From contig OZ244561.1 in the NCBI GenBank assembly GCA_965217585.1, forward strand, positions 3,008,001 to 3,072,000: DNA of 64,000 nt, read 5' to 3'. The notes beneath the pieces are model-generated. The model was not told where the DNA came from. It searched no databases and saw only the letters and a program-made list of their open reading frames with translations. Below, piece after piece: positions 1-10,500 of this stretch. Every line of letters starts with the position of its first letter. The stretch's first letter is position 1. This DNA comes from Candidatus Latescibacterota bacterium. Its GTDB lineage: Bacteria; Latescibacterota; UBA2968; UBA8231. Both the position numbers and the translations under genes were made by a program.

Positions 1-7
1 GGCCTGT

Positions 8-823
8 TTGCCCAAGCCCGCCAGAGAGGCCCCGGACGCGAGTTTTCGCGGCGATTCGCACGCCGACCTAGCGGTGGCGGTGGCCGATCTGGGCGTGCCG
101 ATGATCTTCCTCGAAAAGGCCATGGCCAGTTCAATGGAGCGCGCCGACGAAATCCGCGATGCCGTAAAGCGCAACAACGCACTCTTCAACACGGGCGTCC
201 TGCGTCGCTTTGACAACCGCTACGAGGTGGTCAAGGACGCGGTCGCCGCCGGTCAGGTCGGCGAGGTCCGGGCCGCGATTCACTACGCCAGCTCCAGCCT
301 GATGCACGGGCACATCCATTCGATCGACACGGTGTCCTATCTCATCGGCGACCCGGCGATTGCCGCCGTGCGCGGCGAGCTTTTGCCCCGAGGCTTGCAA
401 GTCGAGGGCAATCACATTCCGGCCGACCCTTTGGCCACCTATCAACTGCGCTTTGCCAACGGCGTCGAAGCGTGGTCAATTCCCGCGACCCCGTGGGAAT
501 TCGAGGTCATCGGCTCGGAGGGCGCAATTCGCTCGTGCAACAACGGGGCCGACGTTTTGCTGCGTCGGCCCGGTGCCGTGCAAGGACGGAGCGCCTTGTG
601 GGAGGAGGTGCCCGTCGATCCGGTGACGCCGCGCAGTACGACGCAGTGCTGCTTGGAGGATTTGGTAGCGGCGCGCGAATCCGGCCAACCCACGCGCGGC
701 CACATCGACGTGACTCACCACATCACAGAAGCCACCATCGCCGTAGCCGAGAGCCACCGCCAAGGCGGCGCTTGGGTAGAGTTGCCGCTGCCTGCGCGTG
801 ACCTGTACATTTTTCACATCTAG
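8..823 (+). CDS. Gfo/Idh/MocA family oxidoreductase (5' end probably outside window)
   Basis: HADLAV...FLEKAMA, RRF and HGHIHSID motifs; similar to 2506..3540. Confidence 0.8.
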   Translation: MPKPAREAPDASFRGDSHADLAVAVADLGVPMIFLEKAMASSMERADEIRDAVKRNNALFNTGVLRRFDNRYEVVKDAVAAGQVGEVRAAIHYASSSLMHGHIHSIDTVSYLIGDPAIAAVRGELLPRGLQVEGNHIPADPLATYQLRFANGVEAWSIPATPWEFEVIGSEGAIRSCNNGADVLLRRPGAVQGRSALWEEVPVDPVTPRSTTQCCLEDLVAARESGQPTRGHIDVTHHITEATIAVAESHRQGGAWVELPLPARDLYIFHI

Positions 824-843
824 AAAGAGACGCCCACCCCACA

Positions 844-868
844 GGGCACCCACGAGGGGTGCCCCTAC
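844..868 (-). repeat. GTAG-type REP-like palindrome
   Basis: Minus strand reads GTAGGGGCACCCCTCGTGGGTGCCC: a GTAG tetranucleotide followed by an imperfect hairpin, intergenic. Confidence 0.7.
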
Positions 869-886
869 ACTTACTAAAGGATACAC

Positions 887-1672
887 GTGTTAAAAGCAGG
901 CATATTTCTCGATATGGAGAATCTCAACCGCTGTGGCGGCTACGCCATCCGGTTTCGCCAGATCAAGGCTCTGGTGGAGGCGCAGCAGGCGGTTGTGGTG
1001 CGGGCCAACGCCTATATGGCCATTGACCGCGAGCGCGAAAACACGGACCCAGAGTATCGCCAAAAGAGGGAAACGTATCGCAATCGAGCGCGGCGGGAGG
1101 GCTACCACCTGATACTCAAGGAAGTGCGGCGCTATCTCACTTCGGAAGGCGAGACCATCGTCAAGGCCGACGCCGACCTAGAGTTGGCGATAGATGCCCT
1201 GTTGCAGTCGGAGAATTTGGACTACGTGTTGTTGGGCACCGGCGACGGCGACTTCGTGCGCTTGGTGCGCGCCCTGCAAAACCGGGGCAAGCGGGTCGAT
1301 TTGCTGTCTTTTATGAACACCAGCACCGCGCTGCGCCAAGAGGTAGATTACCACTTTTCCGGGTACTTGGTGCCCGGCATTCTATTTTCTGACCGCGATT
1401 CAACCCAGCGCCTGCGCGGCATCCTGCACGCGGTCAACGAGGAGAAGGGCTACGGGTTCTTGACTGCGCAGACCGACTTGGGGCTGGACACCATACGCGA
1501 GGATATTTTTCTGCACATTACCGACCTGCGCATGGCGAGGGGCGGGGTGGTGTCCAATGCGGACTTTGCCCAGTTGAGGATGCGCGGCACGATTATCGAG
1601 TTTGAGGTGGAGGACGATGGTGATCGGAAGAAGGCCGTCAACGCCGTGGAGTTCCGACCGGAGCTACTGTAA
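887..1672 (+). CDS. NYN (LabA/DUF88, PIN-like) protein with C-terminal cold-shock domain
   Basis: IFLDMEN, KADADLELAID and GTGDGDF motifs; C-terminal KGYGFL and IFLH (RNP1/RNP2-like). Confidence 0.85.
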   Translation: MLKAGIFLDMENLNRCGGYAIRFRQIKALVEAQQAVVVRANAYMAIDRERENTDPEYRQKRETYRNRARREGYHLILKEVRRYLTSEGETIVKADADLELAIDALLQSENLDYVLLGTGDGDFVRLVRALQNRGKRVDLLSFMNTSTALRQEVDYHFSGYLVPGILFSDRDSTQRLRGILHAVNEEKGYGFLTAQTDLGLDTIREDIFLHITDLRMARGGVVSNADFAQLRMRGTIIEFEVEDDGDRKKAVNAVEFRPELL

Positions 1673-1673
1673 G

Positions 1674-2405
1674 ATGAAGAAGGACTGGTGCGCTGAGGAG
1701 TTTCGCTGCATGGTCGCCCTCGGCGAGAGCACCACTGCTGGCGGCTGGAGCACCGCTCCCGATCGCTGCTGGGTGCCTCTCCTAGGCGCGCTCATCAACG
1801 ACTTCCAGACCACGCCTATGCGGGTCGTCAACTCTGGAATCGGCGCCAACCTCATCGCTAGGCGCAGCCCGGCGTACGAGGAGAGCGGCAAGCCGGCTGC
1901 CGACGAGCGCCTCGACAGACACGTCCTCTCCTACGACCCCGACCTGCTCGCGATCTCCTACGGCCTCAACGACGCCCGGGGCGGTACGCCATTGGCCCAG
2001 TTTTGCGAGGACCTCGCCCTGCTCGTGGGGCGCGTGCGCCAACGTGGGAATCCACTCATCCTGTTGCTCGGCCCCTACTTCATGACCGACTTCACCGTCG
2101 GGGGGAAGACCTGGAGTCACGCCGATCTGCCCCTGTTTGGGAGCTTCAACACGGCCACGGCCGAGGTGGCGGCACAACTCGACTGTCTGTACGTCGATCT
2201 GCTGGTCGCGAGCGGTGAAGCGCCTTGGATGGTCCACTACGACGGCGTGCATCAAAACGACCTCGGCCACCGGATCGTCGCCAACCGCATCTTTGAGGTG
2301 CTCGCCCAAAATTGTTCCTGCCTGGCGAAGCGGACCCGGCAGGCCGAGCGGAGCAGTCCGAGGTGGAGGGACGAGTCGGTGCTGAAGTCCGACTACGGCT
2401 TCTGA
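1674..2405 (+). CDS. SGNH/GDSL hydrolase
   Basis: GESTT, NSGIG, YGLND and DGVH blocks; ATG at 1674 directly after the upstream stop. Confidence 0.85.
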   Translation: MKKDWCAEEFRCMVALGESTTAGGWSTAPDRCWVPLLGALINDFQTTPMRVVNSGIGANLIARRSPAYEESGKPAADERLDRHVLSYDPDLLAISYGLNDARGGTPLAQFCEDLALLVGRVRQRGNPLILLLGPYFMTDFTVGGKTWSHADLPLFGSFNTATAEVAAQLDCLYVDLLVASGEAPWMVHYDGVHQNDLGHRIVANRIFEVLAQNCSCLAKRTRQAERSSPRWRDESVLKSDYGF

Positions 2406-2505
2406 CCATGAGCGCGCGAGAACTGGACCTAGCGATGAGATTCCAATGTGCAGGAGTCCGGTCGGACGAGTTCAGGCTGTCTGTTGAGCTGCGGGGAAAG
2501 GAGGT

Positions 2506-3540
2506 ATGAACGCCATGCTTCGCGTCGCTATCGCCGGCTGCCACCGCCAGATCCTGCGCAAGCCGACGAGCCACAACTTCGCCGCCGCCTTCTGCGCCAA
2601 TCCCGACGCGGAAGTCGTCGGTGTCTTCGACTACGGCGAACGGGAACGCGCAGAATTCGTCGAGTGCTGGCGGGATGTGTGGGGAGAGGTGCCGGCCTTT
2701 GACGACTACGAGCAGCTTCTCGAGGAGGTCGCTCCCGACATCGTCTGCATCGCCACCCGACAGACGATGCACGCCGACCAGATCGAAGGGGCGGTGGCCG
2801 CCGGCGTTCGCGGGATTCTGAGTGACAAACCGCTAGCCACGACCCTCGCCGAAATGGATCGCATCGTCGCGGCCTGTGCGGAGACTCCCCTTGCCTTCGC
2901 CCTCGACCGGCGCTGGGACTCCGCCTATCGGGCGCTAAGCTCGGCCATCGCTGGCGGCCTGATCGGCGAGGTGACCAGCCTGGTGGCATACGGCATCCCG
3001 AATACAATCAATCACGGCTGTCACTGGTACGACGCCATGCTCGCGCTGCTGGGAGATCCGGAGCCCGCATGGGTCAGCGGCTTTGTAGATCCCGGCGACC
3101 CTGAGGATGAGCGCCGCCGGATCGATCCGCCCTGCCGTGCGCAGATCGGGATGGACAACGGCGCTGTCGCCTATGTAACCTGCGACGGACCCAAAGGCCC
3201 CGCCTTTGAGGTCGTGGGGGATGGCGGACGGATTTCCGTACTCGCCGACGCGAGCGCAGCCCGCATCTGGAGGGACGACTCTGAAGAGTCATTTCCCCTG
3301 CCGCCGAAGGGGGAAGGCTGGCCGGCCGGCATGAACATGGTGAGCGACCTGGTCCGCGCTGTCAAAGAGGGTGGCCGCACCGCGTGCGACATCTGTGAGG
3401 CCCGACGCGCAACCGAAATCGGATTCGCCATCTGCTCTTCCTCGGAGCGGGAAGGCGTCAGGGTTGCGCTACCCGCAGCAGATCGCTTGCTCCGCGTCGA
3501 GTCGTATCCGTGGGGGAACGAAGCTCCGAATGCGCTCTAA
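2506..3540 (+). CDS. Gfo/Idh/MocA family oxidoreductase
   Basis: Rossmann start RVAIAGC, DIVCIAT, DKPLA, HGCHWYD; AGGAGG RBS. Confidence 0.88.
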   Translation: MNAMLRVAIAGCHRQILRKPTSHNFAAAFCANPDAEVVGVFDYGERERAEFVECWRDVWGEVPAFDDYEQLLEEVAPDIVCIATRQTMHADQIEGAVAAGVRGILSDKPLATTLAEMDRIVAACAETPLAFALDRRWDSAYRALSSAIAGGLIGEVTSLVAYGIPNTINHGCHWYDAMLALLGDPEPAWVSGFVDPGDPEDERRRIDPPCRAQIGMDNGAVAYVTCDGPKGPAFEVVGDGGRISVLADASAARIWRDDSEESFPLPPKGEGWPAGMNMVSDLVRAVKEGGRTACDICEARRATEIGFAICSSSEREGVRVALPAADRLLRVESYPWGNEAPNAL

Positions 3541-3613
3541 CCCAATTTGCGGGACTCGCGGTCGAAGGCGAAAGCCTGGTTTGCGCCGCTACCTAGGCGA
3601 CAGGCCGGGTGAA

Positions 3614-4456
3614 TCACCCCCGCGACGGTTCGGCGTTTTCCCGCCGATGCCGCTGATGCACTTCCGCCATCTTGAAGTCGTTGTCTATGACCTGCTGCAA
3701 ATGCACCATGCGCTCTGGCCCCGCGGTGCGCAACATGGCCTCGCCGTGGATGCGGTCAATCCAGAACCGCCCCTCGTTGGCCAGCGCGTTCTGGAAGTCT
3801 GCTAGGCGCTCGTCGGGCACGTGTTCGTAGAAGTTCATGGTGTACATGCGCCGCCGCTGCGAGCCGCCAAAGGCGGCGTGCTTGGTGTTGTGCCAAAATA
3901 CGACAATGTCGCCCGGCTGCGTCTCCACTACTTGGCACGGCACTTGGTCGGGGGCCACCCCCCACGCTGCTTCGCTGTCGGGCAGGGCCTCTTGCAGGCT
4001 GTCGGCATAGGCGTCGCCGCAGCGGTGACTGCCCGGAATGACGCGCACTGCGCCCGTGTCCCGGGTCAGCGGATCTAGGTAAAAAGCGATCTTAATGCTG
4101 GGAATGCGCTCGCCGTTGTACCCATCCGAATGCCAGCGCGTATCACCGACGTAGAAATTGCCGTCGCCGCTGGTGTAGTTGAAATCATCGCCCAAAATGC
4201 TGGCGGTAATATCGTGGATGCGCGGATCGTCGAGTAAGCTGCTCAAGTATTCGCTTTGGTCGGGGAAGGGCACGATGCACGAGCGCGCCTGCCCTGCGTG
4301 CTGTTTGCCGTGGTGCCCGCCGCCGTGCGCGGCCCATACGGCTTCGAATTCCTCGATAATGCGGTCGATGCAATTGGCCATCAGGCCGGGGAAGTACAGA
4401 TAGCCGAAGGTATTGAAATAATTGAGCTGTTGTTCGCTAAGGCGGGTCTCAGACAT
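3614..4456 (-). CDS. Phytanoyl-CoA dioxygenase (PhyH) family 2OG-Fe(II) oxygenase
   Basis: WHSD, VIPGSH, GDIVVFWH..H and RR motifs; GGAGGAG RBS before MSETRL at 4456. Confidence 0.88.
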   Translation of the reverse strand: MSETRLSEQQLNYFNTFGYLYFPGLMANCIDRIIEEFEAVWAAHGGGHHGKQHAGQARSCIVPFPDQSEYLSSLLDDPRIHDITASILGDDFNYTSGDGNFYVGDTRWHSDGYNGERIPSIKIAFYLDPLTRDTGAVRVIPGSHRCGDAYADSLQEALPDSEAAWGVAPDQVPCQVVETQPGDIVVFWHNTKHAAFGGSQRRRMYTMNFYEHVPDERLADFQNALANEGRFWIDRIHGEAMLRTAGPERMVHLQQVIDNDFKMAEVHQRHRRENAEPSRG

Positions 4457-4547
4457 TTGTCTCCTCCAGATTATTCCTACAGGCTCACCTCTGCACTTTG
4501 GTCTCTTTAAGGCGAGCACGATGGTCGCTATACCAACTGAGGACGGC

Positions 4548-7500
4548 TTACCAGTATAAGGTACTGCGCAACTTGAGCGCGTGCCCGGGCTGGGCCGCCC
4601 TGCGCTCGCGGCGCTCGCCGGCCAACTCCACGCGCAACGACCGCTCCACGCGCAGCCGCCCGCCCAAGCCATAGGTGCGCGTGCCCCGGCCCGACGACGC
4701 GACATTGGCATACGGGGTCAGCAGACCGTCCAGTGCCCCTAGGCCGTACCCCATTTCCGCGTTGAACAGACCGCCCTCGTCGGCCCGGGTGGGCCGCGCC
4801 AAGTCCGCCGCAGTGCGCTGCGACCAGAGGCGACCCATTCCGCTTGTCGCAGTTCCCCAAGACGACCGCAGCCGCAGCGCCAAGCCCCGACCCAATGCGC
4901 CCGGGTCTAGGTTGACCGAGCCGCCCACGCCCCACTCCTCATAGCCGTTGTCCTGATGCACTAGCAGCCGTCGCGCCGTCGCCTGCAGCGCCAAGCCCCG
5001 CTGCCGGTTGGTATAGCCCAAGCCGCCGCCCACTTCCAGCCCCAGCCCCGTCTCCGCATCGCCGCCGTCGTGGCGCATGCCCACTTCCAGCGACGGCGAC
5101 ATCCGGCCCGAGGACAACTCCACGGAGCGGCTCCCTTCCAGCAGGAGGCGCAACCGGCTCGTCAGCGTCTCTAGCGCCGGTCGAATTGCGGCGTCTGTAT
5201 CCATCCGCACCAAGAAGGCGTCCGACTTGAGCGCCACGTCGAAGTCGGACGATGCCGTCGGCGACAGCAGTGCGCCCCGTGCGCCCAATCCACCCATCTG
5301 CATCCCGATGCCCGCGTCGGAACGGTCCCCCATTCGTTCCATCTGGCCGCGCCCGTAGCCGAGCAATCCCCACGCCGACAGTCGCTCGGTCACCGCGACG
5401 CGCAAGTAGGGATGTACGCTCGTCAGATAGCTTTCCAGTTCGCCTTTGCGGAAAGGCTCCGCGGCCGTGTGGACATCGAACTCGCCGGTGCCCACGCTAT
5501 GTGCCACCGCCAAGCCGGCCAGCATCCGACCCTGTTGCCAATCACCGCCGAGCAGGCCAGTTGCCGCACCACCCGTAAGCGACAAATCGACCTCCTCGCT
5601 CCTGAAGCGGGTCGTCGCTCCCCGCCCCCAAGCTGTCCAGCGGGTACCCTGCTCTTCGCCAGACCCAGCCGACGACACTTGGAAGGAACTGCGGGACAGA
5701 ATATCTGCGAAGGAACTTCTCGTCAGATGATAGAAGGGATGGCGGGATAGAACATCTGAGAAGGAAGCATTCTTGGTCGGGACAGCCCGGCCGCTCGCAT
5801 TTGCCCACCCCCGCCCGGACATAGCCTCCAACGTCACCCGCTGGCCGCCCACCGTCAGATGTGCGCCCCCTCCAGACCGACCCGTTAGGCGGTCCGAAAC
5901 CGCGTCCATTACTTGGCTGGCCGTCGTCCGCCCAAACCGCGCCAGCCACGCCTTCTCCACTGAGGGGTCATCGTCGGTGATCGTACCCGTGGCGGTGCCG
6001 TCGGCTATTGTCGCGTTGGCCGGGTTGCTCACCGCGATGGTGAAGGTCTCGTCGGCTTCATCCAGCGCGTCGTTGAACATTGCCACCGCGAGGGTCTGCT
6101 CGGTCTGGCCGGGCGCGAAGGTCAGACGGCCTTCTGTCGCCGCGTAATCTGCATCTGCCGTTGCCGTGCCGTCAGCGGTCGTCCAATCGACCGTCACCTC
6201 AAGACCACTGACCGCTTCCAGCGTCACCGCGAAGGTGATTTCCCCGTCGCCTTCGGCTGCCTCGGCGTCGGCGATGGTCAGGGCCGGGGTGTCGTCGTTG
6301 TCGGCGATCGTGCCGGTCGCCTCCGCATCGTCCAAGGTCGCATTCGCTGCGTTAGTCAATGCGACGGTGAAGGTCTCGTCGGCTTCGTCCAGCGCGTCGT
6401 CTAGCAGCGGTACGGTAATCGTCTGCTCTGTTTCCAAGGCGTTGAAGCGCAGCGTGCCCGTCGTCTCCGCATAGTCGGCACCTTGGGTCGCCGTGCCATC
6501 GGCGGTCGTCCAATCGACTGTTACCTCAAGGCTGCTGGCCATGTTCAGCCGCACAGTGAAGGTGATCTGCTCGTCGCCTTCGGCTGCCTCGGCGTCGGCG
6601 ATGGTCAGGGCCGGGGTATCGTCTTCGGAGATCGTCACTTCGACGTCTGCTGCGGATATGCCCTCGTAATCGCCGCCGCTGACGGCGTGCGTCAGCATTA
6701 CCGGGTCGTCGGCTACCGCGTCGTCGTCGTGGGCTGCGGTTACCGCGACCGTCTGTGCCTGATTCCAATTAGCCGCCGTGAATGTCAACTCTGTTTGATC
6801 CACCGTAATGTCCGCGTCCTCTGGCACCTGTACTGCGACCGTCACGTTTGCCGTCGGCTGCGAAGTCAGTACCATCGTGTAGCTTTTGGAATCGCCTTCC
6901 GGTACCTCCAGCGCGGCAGTTGAGATCGTCACCTCGGCGGTGTCGTCTTCGGTGATCGACACCACGACGCCTGCTGCGGATATGCCTTCGTAGTCTCCAC
7001 CGCTGACGGCGTGCGTCAGCATTACCGGGTCGTCGGCTACCGCGTCGGCATCCTGAGCGGCGGTCACCTTCACCGTTTGCGCCTGATTCCAATTAGCCGC
7101 CGTGAATGTCAACTCTGTTTGATCCACCGTAATGTCCGCGTCCTCTGGCACCTGTACTGCGACCGTCACGTTTGCTGTCGGCTGCGAAGTCAGCACCATC
7201 GTGTAGCTTTTGGAAGCGCCTTCCGGTACCTCCAGCGCGGCAGTTGAGATCGTCACCTCGGCGGTGTCGTCTTCGGTAATCGACACCACGACGCCTGCTG
7301 CGGATATGCCCTCGTAGTCTCCGCCGCTGATCGCGTGCGTCAGCATTACCGGATCGTCGGCTACCGCGTCGTCGTCGTGGGCTGCCGTTACTGAGATCGT
7401 CTGCGCCTGATTCCAATTAGCCGCCGTGAATGTCAACTCTGTTTGATCCACCGTAATGTCCGTGTCCTCTGGCACCTGTACTGCGACCGTCACGTTTGCC

Positions 7501-10500
7501 GTCGGCTGCGAAGTCAGTACCATCGTGTAGCTTTTGGAATCGCCTTCCGGCACCTCCAGCGCGGCAGTTGAGATCGTCACCTCGGCGGTGTCGTCTTCGG
7601 TGATCGACACCACGACGCCTGCTGCGGATATGCCCTCATAGTCTCCACCGCTGACGGCGTGCGTCAGCACCACCGGATCGTCGGCTACCGCGTCGTCGTC
7701 GTGGGCTGCGGTTACCGCGACCGTTTGCGCCTGATTCCAATTAGCCGCCGTGAACGTCAGCGCCGATGGGGCCACCGCAATGTCCGTGTCCTCTGGCACC
7801 TGTACTGCGACCGGCACGTTTGCTGTCGGCTGCGAAGTCAGTACCATCGTGTAGCTTTTGGAAGCGCCTTCCGGTACCTCCAGCGCAGCAGTTGAGATCG
7901 TCACCTCGGCGGTGTCGTCTTCGGTAATCGACACCACGACGCCTGCTGCGGATATGCCTTCGTAGTCTCCGCCGCTGACGGCGTGCGTCAGCATTACCGG
8001 GTCGTCGGCTACCGCGTCGTCGTCGTGGGCTGCCGTTACCGCGACCGTCTGCGCCTGATTCCAATTGTCCGTCGTGAACATCAGCGCCGATGGGGCCACC
8101 GTAATGTCTGTGTCCTCTGGCACCTGTACTGCGACCGTCACGTCTGCTGTCGGCTGCGAAGTCAGCACCATCGTGTAGCTTTTGGAATCGCCTTCCGGTA
8201 CCTCCAGCGCGGCAGTTGAGATCGTCACCTCGGCGGTGTCGTCTTCGGTGATCGACACCACGACGCCTGCTGCGGATATGCCCTCGTAATCGCCGCCACT
8301 GATCGCGTGCGTCAGCACCACCGGATCGTCGGCTACCGCGTCGGCATCCTGAGCGGCGGTCACCTTCACCGTTTGCGCCTGATTCCAATTAGCCGCCGTG
8401 AACGTCAACGCCGATGGGGCCACCGTAATGTCTGTGTCCTCCGGCACCTGTATTACGACCGTCACGTCTGCCGTCGGCTCCGAGGTCAGCACTACCGTGT
8501 AGCTCGCGCTGCCACCCTCGTCCACCGTCAACGCTGTTGGGGTCACTGTTACGCCGCGCTCGTCGTTGTCGATGACTGGTACCGTGGCACTGGCCGCATC
8601 GCCCGCCCGATGGGTTGCGCCATCCGTGACCGTCGCCGTCACTGCGCCGTCCGCCTCGTCGCGCTCGTCGTCATCTGTCGCCACCTTAAGCGTCGCGTTT
8701 GACGCATCCACCGCGAACACTGCTTCGCTGGGTGCTCCGTCCGCGAGGAACGCGCCGCGCTCCGTTACACTCAGCGGCACGGTCAGCGGCACGGTCAGGT
8801 CGCCTACCCGCGTCAGCGTGAACGTCATCGTCCCGCCTTCTTCCACTGCCGCTGGGTCTGCCGCCACGCTCACCACCGGCAGGTCGTTATCGGTGATTAC
8901 GCCGGTCGCCTCGCCATTTTTGATCGTCGCGTTCTTCGGTTCACTCAATAGGACCGTGAACGCTTCGGCCGCCTCGTCTAGGTCGTCGTCGATGATGGGT
9001 ACGCGGATCGTCTGCGCCGTCTCTAAGACGGGGAAGGTCAGCGTCCCGGTCGTTCCCTCATAGTCAGTGTCCGCCATCGCTGTGCTGTCGGCGGTCGCAT
9101 ACTCTACTGTCACTGTCTGGCTGCTGGCCACGTTCAGCGTCACGGTGAACTCCAGCACTTCGTCCCCCTCCGCTGCTGCTCCGTCAGTGATCGACAACTC
9201 CGGCGTGTCGTTCTCGGTGATGGTGACCGTCACGGATTCGGCCGTTACCGTGCCGTAGTCGCCGCCACGGACCGCGTGCGTCAGCACCACCGGATCGTCG
9301 GCCACGGCGTCGTCGTCGTGGACAGCCGTTACTGTTACCGTCTGCGGTATCCTCCAATTCTCGGCCGTGAATGTCAATTCCGTCTCGTCCACCGCGACCT
9401 CCGCGTCTTCGGGCACCTGCACTGCGACCGTCACGTTTGCCGTCGGCTCCGAAGTTAACACCACCGTGTAGCTCGCGCTGTCGCCCTCGGGTACCGTCAA
9501 CGCCGTCGGGGTTACGGTCACGCCGCGCACGTCGTTGTCGGTGACCGGTGCCGTCGCGCGGTTGGATTCGCTTACCCGGTGAGTCGCGCCATCCGTGATC
9601 GTCGCCGTCACCGCGCCGTCCGCCTCGTCGCGCTCGTCGTCGTCTGTCGCCACCTGAAGCGTCGTTGTCTCCGCATCTACATCGAACGTCGCCTCGGTGG
9701 GTGCTCCATCCGCGAGGAACGCGCCGCGCTCCGTCACGTCCACCGGCACCGTCAGCGGCACGGTCAGGTCGCCCACTCGCGTCAGTGTGAACGTCACCGT
9801 CGCGCCTTCTTCCACCGCTGTCGGGTCGGCTGCCACGCTTACCACCGGCAGATCGTTGTCGGCGATCACGCCGGTCGCCTCGCCATCTCCGCTTGTCGCG
9901 TTGGAAGCATTGCTCAGCGCGACCGTGAACGCTTCGGCCGCCTCGTCTAGGTCGTCGTCGATGATGGGTACGCGGATCGTCTGCGCCGTCTCTAAGACGG
10001 GGAAGGTCAGCGTCCCGGTCGTTCCCTCATAGTCAGTGTCCGCCATCGCTGTGCTGTCGGCGGTCGCATACTCTACTGTCACTGTCTGGCTGCTGGCCAC
10101 GTTCAGCGTCACGGTGAACTCCAGCACTTCGTCCCCCTCCGCTGCTGCTCCGTCAGTGATCGACAACTCCGGCGTGTCGTTCTCGGTGATGGTGACCGTC
10201 ACGGATTCGGCCGTTACCGTGCCGTAGTTGCCGCCACGGACCGCGTGCGTCAGCACCACCGGATCGTCGGCCACGGCGTCGTCGTCGTGGACAGCCGTTA
10301 CTGTTACCGTCTGCGCCTGATTCCAATTCTCGGCCGTGAATGTCAATTCCGTCTCGTCCACCGCGACCTCCGCGTCTTCGGGCACCTGCACTGCGACCGT
10401 CACGTTTGCCGTCGGCTCCGTGTCCAGCACCACCGTGTAGCTCGTGCTGCTGCCCTCGGGTACCGTCAGCGCCGTCGGGGTTACGGTCACGCCGCGCACA

